Assembly (NCBI GenBank): GCA_976226885.1
Contig: OZ320314.1
Location: forward strand, 109,678,001 to 109,742,000
Length of the DNA: 64,000 nt
Reading direction: 5' to 3'
DNA from: Iphione sp. A-MEVVRFRX5
Lineage: Eukaryota
Position 1 is the first letter of the stretch, and each line of letters opens with the position of its first letter. The notes beneath the pieces are model-generated. The model was not told the DNA's origin. It did not search any database and worked only from the letters and a program-made list of their open reading frames with translations. This document shows positions 34,701 to 46,276 of this stretch, in pieces. Made by a program: the position numbers and the translations under genes.

Positions 34701-35839
34701 CCCAACCAGGCAGTTGTAACCGGAAGACAGTGGTTGACCTCCTGTTACCCCTGTCAGCTCTGACGTCAGCTGTCATGCCAATTCTGACCGAGCCTCTTGA
34801 CGCAGGGCTTCGTTCTCCACTGAGAGCCGCGAACCTCGCTTCCCGGGACGTGCTGAGATCGACCAAGCGGAGGAAGTAGTTAGGAGAATGGTTTGCAGCT
34901 GTCAGCATTGACTTTCGCTTTCGGTTGCGCTTCCCGTAGATTGACACGTTCATCTGCGCAGTTTTTCTTCTTCTTTTTTAATCAGAGGACAGCTGCAAGA
35001 TGGACCGGCGCATTGTAAAATCATGAAAGATCGTCGAGACAGTTAACTGTTAAATGCTACAAAAATGTAACAGAACCTATCAATTCGAATTACAGTTTGC
35101 GAGACTGTATGGTTGTTCCATTAGTGTACTCTTGATTTGGTGTTCTTTTGCCATGTACTGAGGAGGCAGCATATAGGGAATACTTATATAAGGGCGGACT
35201 CATTCAATACAAAACTGGTATATTAACTGAGTACCTACACCGTATTCCTACACCCATCGATGTTATTCTGTTTATTGTTTCAAAATATAGTTGATTTTTA
35301 AAATAAAAACGCTTGCGGTACATGGTGTATGGCACTCTAAAGTGTTAAGTACAAGGTGCATACCGACTTGCTGTTTATATTTTTACATTACATAGTGATA
35401 CATTGTAGATACATGTATCTGCAAGTTGCCTTTTCCCTATACTACTAACAGTTCTTCTGTGAATAAACCATTGAAAACATCTCCATAAGAGATAATTCTA
35501 TGTATTCTTTAATATCAGAAGAGTGTAGGGAGAAAACATTCATTTAATGAAATAAAGAGGAAAGCTGTCATGAGAATCGCAAGAAGGCATCGTGAACACT
35601 GAAGTACACGAAGAAAGTGCCCAGTGAATGACCAGTGACGCACCAGCGGGTCCGTGTATCTCCAGGTATCGCGCCACACTCGACATCTGAACGTCATTAG
35701 CGCTTCTCGCTCGCCATATCGACCCGCAGACCATTGTGACAATCGTCGCCGGCGTTAGTTCGCTCGTTAAATAAAGCAGTAAACGCCGCTGCTGCTGCAC
35801 GAGAGCACCGAGAGAGGAGAGAAGAGATATCACTAGTGC

Positions 35840-35983
35840 NNNNNNNNNNNNNNNNNNNNNNNNNNNNNNNNNNNNNNNNNNNNNNNNNNNNNNNNNNNNN
35901 NNNNNNNNNNNNNNNNNNNNNNNNNNNNNNNNNNNNNNNNNNNNNNNNNNNNNNNNNNNNNNNNNNNNNNNNNNNNNNNNNNN
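35840..35983. other. Assembly gap (N-run)
   Basis: Run of N. Confidence 1.
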
Positions 35984-38117
35984 GGCAGGGCTTCTGATAA
36001 CCACGCTGCGTGCATCCAGCCATTAAGTACCACAGGGCCTGACGGGATCGACCGTGTGAGGCCCACACGTTTCGACGGACAATCTTGTTGTTGTTGCAAA
36101 TGTCGTTTTCAGCGCCCGTTTTGCATGCAAACATGTCGGTACCAGTGGCCAATCGCTCATACCCCCCGAGTAGGCCGGCCGGCCGGCATGCCATCGCTTA
36201 CTGAGTGAGGCCGATCTTGTTTTCTTCCATCAGTTCATCAACAAAAAAAACGCAAGGCACTGTCAGCCATGAAGACCACGCCTCTTCCATTTTTATTTTC
36301 CCTTGCGCCTTAGAGGGAAGAAGATCCATTATTTTAAGTTTGCTACCACGAGGAAACGTGTCCCCCCCCCCCACCACCGTCACTTTTCCTGCTTCATACT
36401 CGTATAGAAAGCTGTGGGGAGAGCCATTCTGTTTGAAAGATCAGACATACACATATGCGGCCATTTGCCTCGAATTACTTTCTGAAAGGCAAACCAGTAA
36501 TAACAAGAAGCACTCCCCACTAATGGTTTTACCAAGAAAATATGGTTTTATCGCCACAACTGCACCTGAATAGAATATGATGGCCATGGGAGTCGAGGAT
36601 ATCGTGGTCGTTACTCTGGGATAATAATCTTTCTTGGTTGTCTGTTGTATTGAAAACCTTTAAGTAATAAGTTACTTAAAATATGTTAATCATCTTTGTA
36701 TTTCTTCGATATGGGACCAGGGAGGGTAAAGGTTTCTTTGGGGGGGGGACGTACTTTCATCATATTTAGCTTGGAGTAATATACATGTACTTACCTTTGC
36801 CATGAAGAACATTGTACTTTATCATCCTTCCCATTTTTATATTTCCATGATATCGCAAGGGAGAATCTAAGGCGGAGTGAGAGAAGATCAGTAACTGTTG
36901 TTCTAAAACTCTGGCCAGATAGTTACCCTAAGACGCAGTGGACCAAAGCAGGGTGTTAGTCTCGAGACGCATGCCCCAGTTCGTTTTATTTCTAATATTA
37001 TCGTTTGATATATTGTCCATTTTAATTACGATCTCTTTTAAAATGACACCTACTTCAGCTTCGGCCTATCGGTTCTCAGGTGTTCTACGTACAAGAGTTA
37101 ATAATACAAAAGTAAAGATGTAAACTTAACCACTGCGTTATTAAGTTCGAATGTCCATACCTTATTCCCAGTATTCCGAACACTGGTAAAACACTACTGG
37201 GCCCTTTCTTCTCGCTTTCCCCTTGAATAAAACGATGTAAAACTTTCCACGATATAATGTGCGAATAGAGTGAAAATATCCCACAGTGTCACGTTGTTCC
37301 CCGGTCGCCATAATATTCACAATGCTGCTCTTACGTGTTCAGGGACCAACCGCCTTTAGACGTGTGGTAATGAAGTCCTCTTATTTATTTAAGGGAGCTT
37401 TTTGTGCTCAGGTGAGCGGTGTTATCAAAGCTGGACACCCGGAAAGCCAGTGTTAAGAATTCATACGGCTTTTACGTCCGTTTTCCCTCGTTATATTTTC
37501 ACTTTTAGATCGCTGATGGAAATTGATCCGTTTCAGTTTAAATCTTTCATATGTGCATTGAGGTGCGTTGGAAACTCGTTGCCCAGTGTCATAGCTTTCC
37601 CGAGCAGATATCAGTCGGTTATGAGAAAAAGCATCTCCCTTCACAATGCTATGGGTAATATCTAGAAAATTTCATTTATCTTTAAAATGACCTTCTAGAA
37701 GACTGTAAAGCACTTTCAGTAATGCTAGATGCCTGTCACATGATAATGGGTGATCTTTAATTCAATTCAATTCAGTTAAAGATCATTACGTCTTGTACAA
37801 GAAATAATACTCTTCTTTGTGTCAATGCATTTATATTTTATTCAGTGTGTAGATTTTAGACATTTTGTTGCAAACTTTTTTCTTCTCAAATTCAAATTCA
37901 AATTCTTCATCGGTCTTATCACAAGAGTGAATTTTCCAAGATCAATACTGTAGACTGAAGTTAAGGTGCAATTTAGGGTGAGTTGCCATACAAGCATACA
38001 TGTTGATCTGCGCACAGTTAATAAACGACGACACCATTGCATAATTCCTCTGTGGTTTTAGTCATAGTGCTTTCACAGCTTGCACTCAATTAAAAGAAAA
38101 TAAACAATTATGTTAAA

Positions 38118-38330
38118 AACAGAGAAAGAGCAATTAGACAAGTATATTGTAACCCTATCGAATCCCCTCTCTACTTTGTGTTACAGTCATCAGTGTAGAT
38201 CGGTATATATATAGTGTATAAATGCCATATTAGTTTCCATACCCATGCAACATCCACAAAAAAATAGTATCATACATTACCCACCAGATCTAGCCAAACA
38301 AACTCATATACCCATAATTTCCGTGCCCAT
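38118..38330 (+). mobile_element. Possible heavily decayed LINE ORF2 tail
   Basis: NRERAIRQVYCNPIESPLYFVLQ (38118-38186) resembles the QKRAIRxI...SxPLF motif, and a TRSSQ-like segment lies at about 38283. Short matches only. Confidence 0.3.
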
Positions 38331-38395
38331 GCAACATCCACAGAAAATACTATCATACATTTCCGACTAGATCTTGCCAATAGAACTCCTATACA
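38242..38395. repeat. Tandem duplication, about 84-bp period
   Basis: cccatgcaacatccaca(a/g)aaaata(g/c)tatcatacatt...agatct(a/t)gccaa...aactc(a/c)tatac occurs twice. Confidence 0.85.
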
Positions 38396-39306
38396 AATCA
38401 TATGAGCATTTAAACGTTCATCCACAATCACAAAGCCACGGCAGATAATTCCACTCCTCACTTTCCCACCCGCAAACTTTCCGTAGGGACTGTACGTCAT
38501 GCAGACGTCCTATCTGTCATGAGTCCACGACATGATCACTAGTCTGACTCCCCTGTGATGACTGTATTGATCGCCATCATTTTGGGTAATCACACCTTCT
38601 CCCTAATGGATACAGGGAGGCAGTTGCACTCGCCTCCACCCTTAAATCGCAGGGAGCGAGCAAACTTTCCCACCTTTGCCCTTGGCAGCACACATTGCAT
38701 GGTCTGCCTTACTCTTGTTTAGTAGGCATAGCCATAGGTAGCAGGCCCAAATGTACCTGATGATGCATTGCCTTCTGCCCTCTATATGACACAATGTCAG
38801 ACACCCTAGGGATCCCAACCCGCTGAACTATCCTCCGGCTGGAGATGAAGTCACCAACGTGCACCGCTATCCGGAAGCACCGGTTCATGTGTACCTGTAG
38901 ATCAATGACTTTTGAGGATCCACATCCATACAACAGCACATCACATGGTCATATTTTAGCTGTTGATCAAATAATACCCTCATACATATATTTCTGTACA
39001 TATTCTACTTGAGAGCCTGCAACATATCCTGCTTGATCAGAACCCTTACCTTTAATTCTGATTACTGGAGAGCTGTACAGTACCTTAGTTTCGTTTTAAT
39101 TCAAAAGTAAATTGTTTTCTTCGCATAAATTGGAAATATTCGTAGTATCGTTTTCGGGTTAGATGATCAAGATTCGTGATACTTTTCGCATTAAAAATTG
39201 TTACATTATTAAAGTTTCCATTCACAGAGTCAGGGACCTCTTCTGTCCGGGTAGGAGTACCATTTCTTCTTACTCCATGCCGTTATTTAATCATTTACTT
39301 TCGGCG

Positions 39307-39444
39307 TTTATTGTCCCCCGCCTCATAGAGGGGGGGGACATTAGGAATGCTGTCAGCTGGTGTCCCGACCATCCGTCACACTCTTGTGGGTCTTATAAGT
39401 CTTAAACCCTTCACTCAAAAAAACTGATTTTAATATATGATATT
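39307..39444 (+). mobile_element. Dispersed repeat, 5' end of a DINE-1/HINE-like element (copy 2)
   Basis: Shares about 130 bp with 26716-26854. Hairpin tgtccccc(g)cctc-ata-gaggggggggaca at 39312-39340 follows a T-run. Confidence 0.55.
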
Positions 39445-39461
39445 GGTATATATGGACACGT

Positions 39462-39642
39462 GGCATGGTTCTAGTTTCTTCCAAATGACCTTCCGGAAGA
39501 ATGTATCGTTCCTTCAGGAATGCGAAGTACCTCTCACATGGTATTGGTAACATTTAAGGACTCTCGTTCCTTGTAACTGACTTTTCAGACGAATGTAAAG
39601 CTCTTCCAGGAACGCCAAGTTCCTTTCACGTGATATTGGTAA
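39462..39642. repeat. Diverged tandem duplication, 91-bp period
   Basis: attggtaac at 39543 and 39634; the minus-strand translations LPIPCERYFAFLKERYI and LPISRERNLAFLEELYI are the two copies. Confidence 0.75.
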
Positions 39643-42600
39643 CCTGTAGCCTTCCATGGTGATTTTCTGGAAGATTGTGAGGCACTCTAAGTAACGCCAG
39701 GTGTCCGGCATACAATTATACGCAGAGTTGCCGACGGCGGCGCTCTTGTCAATAGTTCAGGATATCCCTGGCGCCGGCGTGCCTCCATCTTCTGCCCCTG
39801 TAACCAGAAGACAGCTCTCATAGCGGCAGTGACACGTAGGCTCATCATTGTTTATTACGGCTGGCTTGATTCTGTTAGCGTTCCCAGGCTGCCACCTAGC
39901 GACCAGAGTCGGCTTTCGGCCGCCCACCCCCAGCCTTCTACCTAGAGTAATTATCCACAAGTCCTGCTGCCCCACCCGAAAAATGACCTCACGTTCCACG
40001 CCCGTCACTCATCATCGCCAGAATTCATTACCCACCGGAAGGAGCCGATGATGGCAGATACGCATGCGTGCTGCCGGCTTGAGGAAGGGATACTCTCTCC
40101 CAGACGAGCAACGCACAGCAGCAGCAGCAGCCTTGTCTTGTGACAACAAGAGTCGGGCCGACGCCTTGTTTGCTCCAAGGTGGAGCCAGATGTGATTAGC
40201 TCTTTGTATCCAGCGGTGGCTTTCTTGGTGTGGGTCTTTTTTTCGTTGGTCGTGACCAGGAGGAGGTACGGAGGGGGAGGGTGGAGGGGGGTGGAAGAGA
40301 GGAGCGACCGACTGCCAACAGACCGCCCCTCCCTGCTCCACGCCTTTTCCAAGTTCTTTCTTGTGCACTCCAGTGTTACTTGGGAATGACTGGCTTCCGC
40401 CTCTCCATAGTGCCAATAGAAGTGAACGGGCTGAGAAGGAGAACGTTATTCCTTTGTAGTCGCGTCTACGCTCCCTTTCCCTGTGACCAGAGATGCGAAC
40501 TGATCCTGTTAAATATATTTATATGGCCCGAACGTGAGAGTCCTTGAGCGTCTGTGGTCTTAGAATATGCTCGCAAGTTTTGTGAGTAGTATAGTAAAAT
40601 ACTAGGTTCCAAGTTGATGCTTAGCTGCTTATGTCCATTCTGTAAGATGCATACGTATATCTACAACCGTGTGTGTGTTGTTAATAAGTTGTGCAAGAGA
40701 GACCACATCTTTCCAATGAATAATTAGCGGAAAAAAAAATCTTTCACAGAAGCTCCATTAAATCGGCCGTGTGTACATACAGAAGGGGCCTTCGCCTCCT
40801 TCCCTGCTCACTCCGTCAATGACACACCCGGGCAACAGGAGGCGCCACCGGGCTATCCTTCAAGGGCGGCCAGCTCAATATTTCCGTTATTAAATGAAGC
40901 TCACGGGAAAAGGGAATGTGGGCACGACCTCTCTGAAGGGAATGAAAGTGTTTCCACCTCAGAGCTGACTATTGCGGAAGGGCCTCCAGGCTTCTCTGAA
41001 CCCTTTCCCGCGGTGGAGCTGTATCACACTTTAGGACCTCGTCATTCTAGCCACTGCTAGATAGACCAGTAGACTGTTTATTATGATTCTGCTATTTGTA
41101 AGAGACAAACTGATGTTTAAATATACATGTACTGCCCCCCCCAGGTAAGACATTTACCATAGCTGATCGTTATCCAGTTGCAGATGATTTGGTTTAGTAT
41201 GGCGCACACAAAAAAACCCATAGTACATGTGTTTGATACCTTTATCCCTCTTTTATCCCTAAAAATAAGTATGCTGTGCTTCCATGTGATACGTTTGTTA
41301 TTTAGCTAAGAACTGCTGTGTTGACTAAAGTGCTGTGGTATAGGATTTCATACAGTGTCCTCTTTGTTCCCAAAGTTTCTACACGAGAGCGCATTGAATC
41401 GACTTTCATTACAATCTGTAAAGGTCACCCCATTGCTGCCCCATAAATTGCATTACAAATTACACCAGGGGGGGAGGGTGCAAGGTTGGTAGGGGGGCTA
41501 TCGTATGCCGGATGCATGGTCGATGATCTAATTTAGAAGGGCAAACAGTGGCGACTTCACGCGGAGCCAGTCCGTCCCACTGAGACGCTATGTCTTGTGA
41601 ACACAGAATGAACTAAGTGAGTGGGGTAGGGTGTGGGGGGCGGTGTAATAAGACTTTCCTTCTCCAGCAGTCCACCGCAGTCCTGAAACCCTTATTCGTA
41701 TTTACCTTCGAATCCCTTTTCGTCCGGCGCCCCCGTACCATCCAACCCTCCCGCCACGGCCAGATGTGCCCCGCTTTGATGTAGCATTAACAGCTATGTT
41801 GTAATCTGTCATGGCGGACAGCTCCAGACGTATAAGAAGAAGGAAACAGCGGTTAATCTACCATCCTCCTTCTAATGTCCTCTGCCGCTGCCCTTTGCTA
41901 GTCTTGTTTAATCCGTATTCACGTGTTCATGTCGGCTTGTTCGGACTCTGTGCGACCATCGGTAGAAAGACATATTTACATGTGTGTATTTATATATGTT
42001 GGCGTGTATGTGCATGTACATATATTCCTCGAGACAATACAGTCAAAACTTGCTAACCGGATTAAATTCGTTGCATCATTTTTTTTACAGATAATCCAGT
42101 TACTGAAACAGGGAAACACTAACTAGAATACATCCATTCCTCAATTCAAGTCCAGTTAATGCGGTTTTCCGGTTGGCAAGATCAGACTGTTTATTGCCTT
42201 GTTGTCCCCAACTCCTCTTCCGTCACAACTTGGGTCTGTGTCCTTCTGAAGTATTGCATCAGATGTTTTTATTTTAAAATTTTGTATTTCTCTGTGTGGA
42301 CTCTTAACACAAGCATACTTCTCTATCTTGCTAAGTGTTTTAAAGGTCAAACGTACGTGTTTTATTTGTGGTCGCACACACAGACGGACATGCAATTCTT
42401 TTGTAGACTTCAAAGGATGAAGCTATGTCCAAGTCTGTTCAACCAGGCAAAACTAATTGGTTCCACTTGATTGAATGGCTGGTGGGGGACAATAGTCCTT
42501 TTAGGTTACCTCTCTTAATGGTCACAAGTGCCTTTGGCACTAACACTCATGTAAACACACACACACATATCCACCATGACACTTGCTTTTGTTTAGAAAT

Positions 42601-45600
42601 TACCGCAGTGATACATCTTTGGCCAAGTGGGAAAGAAGGGCAATAATTTAGTTTTTTTTCAGTTTTGCCTTTTGGGAGAGTAAACATAATGTAATTGTCC
42701 ATGATTGTAAATACTTTTAAGACTGGCATAGAACAAGAAGGAAATTCTAAGAGCTGGAAAGTGTCTCACACGCAGGAGACCTCCTCCTCATGGCTGCGTA
42801 CTACTTTCAGGCAACGTTTTCTATATGTAGTGTAAGAAAACTGGGGAGAGTTCCCACTGTATACATCGACTCACACAGATACACGCACATTACACAAACG
42901 TGAGGTCTAATCGAACTTCTATACAGCCGTTATTGTTGCGGCTTACAGGCCGTATTGTTGTTCATATTTGTGACTATCGCAGATTCTTTGACACCGTCCG
43001 GAGCAGCACCTCGATGAGATCAGTGAAGCATCTCTTCTTCGTCAAACCATCAAATCATTATTGACGTCTCCGAAGATAGAGTGAGATTGAAAACCGTATC
43101 AGATGTAATTGGAGAAGGGCAGCAAGTCAAGGAGCCGATTGCGTAGCCCATTCTTGTTAGCGCAACCCGAACCTATCCCAGTTCGCCGGCTTATCTCTGA
43201 CAAATGACATTTATAACGGCGGCGGCCATGTCTAAATGCGGTTCAGGGGAATTGTGGTCCCCAATCACTGCTGCATGCCGGGACGGGTACGCATCACGTG
43301 ACATTCCAGGCATATTGAAGGGTTTTTTTTGTGTGTGTCTGGGGTTCGGTAGAATGTGTGTGACTGAAGGCTTTTAATATGGCCATCAAATGTAGCCGCG
43401 AGTAGATAAAGGGATGTAAGGGGGTTACAATGACACCCCGACATTGTGGCACTCCCCCTTCCCCCCCCCTCCCGTAGCGTTCGTGTAAACCAGGCGCCAT
43501 GATGGATGCCACCGTACCGTGAGTAATGGACGACGCACGCGATGCGGCAGTACGTAGCGCGGAGTAATATGGCGCTGAATGGCGGGTTCCGAAATGGTCT
43601 CCCCCACCGCCTTCAGTGCGTCTTTTATTCGAACACATCAGGCCATGTTTTTCGTTGACAAAGAGACCCACCCTGAGTGTTGGATTTTTTTCATCTATTG
43701 TAAGGCAACCCCCTCCCCCTTTTTTTCCCGGCTCATCTTTTGAGGTTGAGAGGGAGTTTGTAATTTTTAAATTCGCACCTGACATTTTCCCGAAATTTCC
43801 CAATGCTCCGTTAACCCTGAACTGTCATGCGCTGTCTGTTCTCCCCCCCCCCCCCACCGAAAAAAAATCGAGATTTCGCTACCCTCCCTAATCCCCCCAA
43901 TACTAAAAAAGACAGCATAGGAAACAAAGTTTGATATAACGATCACGATTAACATCATTTACTGAGGAGATGACTGGAAGCGAGTAATGTAAAACCATGC
44001 CAGACTCGTACAGTGCGACCTTTTCACACTTTCGTATGGCTGGTACCTCTGTAAGACCATCCCAACCAAAAAATAATAAAAACACATTATCCATCAAGAC
44101 AGGAGAGACTAGGGCGGTAGCAGCACACACTGCACGCCTTTACACCTGTGTATTGTTCGGGACCGTGGGTAATCCCCCTTCCCACCCTGCTCCCCCCCCC
44201 CTTCCCCCCACCCAGCAGTGATAAATCATCACCACCATTAACGTCGACTCGACTGCCAAATAAACACACTGGAGGCGTCAGGCTAAAAGCCCGCTTCCGG
44301 CGAGCGTTAAGCGTCACGACGCCTAAAGTAGGATTGTTTTAGGAGGGGGTGGGATATGGCGCCCCCCTGGCAGGGTGGGGGTTGGGATTCAGGCAGCCAG
44401 AGCGCCAATCATGGCGACACATTTCAAAGAGCAGGTTCCTACCATTTTAACGACCACCAGGAATAGATGTACAAATACATGTACACACAGTGGCAGAAAG
44501 GACGGTCTGAAAAGAAAACACAAATAAGGAGTATGAGAGCTTTACGGGAGACCTATAACTGTTGGAATTCCCCCGTGTTCTTACTGCAGAGTAATGGCTT
44601 TCAAAGTTGAGATTACAATGTATTGGTTTTGATTTATAGTTATTCTTGTCTATTTGACCGCAATTTAAATTCCATTTTCCTTATTTTGAGCTACACACGA
44701 TCCACCGTTGGGAGGCTTGAACGTTGTTCAAGTAAACTTATCTTTGTCTGCTAGAGCCACTATAACCCTTGTAAATTCCTAGCTAGGGACACTGTTTCGT
44801 CGTTAAGGAAGGATCTTTCGGCTGAGAAATGCTAAGAAATGTCCAGCAATGAAACCAAGTGGAGATTGGACAGTTTCCAAAGCTCCCAGTAATAGGCCAC
44901 TTGAGATGTGCTTCCATTTCCACTCTATACTTGATCTAAGGCAAAAAGTACTCATGTTTTCTTCAGTAAAAACTCGAGGAGAGCCAGACAAGATGGAATG
45001 CCTGTTAAGCACACATAACGCCGGGTGTGATGCAGTGGAAAGGCAAAGCCTACCTGTTTATCAGTGGGCTTTCCTGGCTGTAATGGAGGTCTTGGTTGTG
45101 AGAGGGCCGGTAAGAAGAGGAAGGATCAGAGCTTGTTACGTGGACCAGACTCTCTGGGAGTCTTCCGGAACAGTGGTTTCTTGTCGGCTTGGCCCATTCT
45201 CGCGCCAGGTCACGTGTGAGTTTCTGGCCGCGTTATCAACCCCGATAATGAACGCGCGTCCCGGTGGGGGTCTCCTTATCGTGACAACCTTCAACTAGTG
45301 TTTGGAGATAAGAGACACCAAACATCCCAGGGATGACGTCACTAATGACGCCCTTCTCTTTTCGGAGCTCTCTCAAGGAATGCATTGGATAGAATGAAAT
45401 GGCTGCACACTTGCGGACGATGTTTCCCATAATTTGCGTTGGTGGCACCAGTGGGCCATAACAGCAACACAACAGGCGCAAGCAACCCTTATTTACTGTA
45501 GATGGGAGTATATTTTCATATGCTTAAACACATAAAATATACTGCCCCAAAAAACTTTAAACTATACAGAATTATAGGAAGGCGTGTTCAGTATGATATA

Positions 45601-45695
45601 AGCATTTGTGTGTAGGAAATGTCTTTCTTGACCTACTGACAATTGTTTTAATCCAGGCTTCATCATGGTCAATAAGCCTATTATGACTCGCCCTG

Positions 45696-46276
45696 TAAGG
45701 CCCGGTTTCCATACCTGCGTAGCCTTGCATGGGTGTCTGGGTGCATAGCCTTGCATGTACAAAGTTTCCACAAGGCTCCACAGCCTCACACACAGGGGTG
45801 TTCTTACCATCCATGTGTGCAAGTGCGTGATTCAAAGGCTATCTCTTGTATATATGTGTGAAAGTTATGTGTGTGTGTTTTGTGTTGATATCATAGAATT
45901 CCTGTGAAATATGTGTAACTTGTGAGTTTTTTTGTGTAGATCTCATAGGGTTCCTGTCAAATATGTGTAACTGAGTTTTTTTGGCCAAATTATATGCAAA
46001 TTAGATATTTCATACAATCCATCATATGATAGACAGCATGTATCCGACTGAAAACCCTCATCTCTCTATACTACTGTGTGTATAGCATCCATGTGCATAA
46101 AATTATTGAGTATGCACTGAAAACGGTTCACGCAGACTGTGTGCACACTTATGCACACACACACGTCTATGCAAGAACCTCTATATTACAGACAATGTGC
46201 TTGATAAGTACATGTACACACGTCTACACACAACCATGAACATGCAAGGCTCCGCAGCTACGGAAACTTGGCCTAA
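45696..46276. repeat. 36-bp imperfect inverted repeat pair enclosing a small tandem repeat
   Basis: The reverse complement of 45696-45731 (catgcaaggctacgcaggtatggaaaccgggcctta) matches 46241-46276 (catgcaaggctccgcagctacggaaacttggcctaa) at 30/36. A two-copy repeat of about 55 bp (atcatag..ttcctgt(g/c)aaatatgtgtaact) lies at about 45888-45980. Confidence 0.6.

Noticed and set aside
34312-34953. Longest ORF in the track (213 aa), and similarly 43294-43803 and 44849-45298
   Set aside because: They lie in GC-rich stop-poor patches and show no recognisable domain or splice support.
38757-38790. CTGATGA hammerhead core word (also 53327)
   Set aside because: No stem II or GAAA follows in either case.
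39353-39711. Apparent repeat-containing protein (LPIxxER..AFL.E.YI)
   Set aside because: The period is 91 nt, so the frame shifts. By hand count about 5 synonymous to 15 non-synonymous differences, which is the neutral expectation.
3513-43302. General CACGTG/TCACGTGA and TGACGTCA enrichment
   Set aside because: By-eye counts (about 19 CACGTG, 4 TCACGTGA, 3 TGACGTCA) are close to chance expectation.
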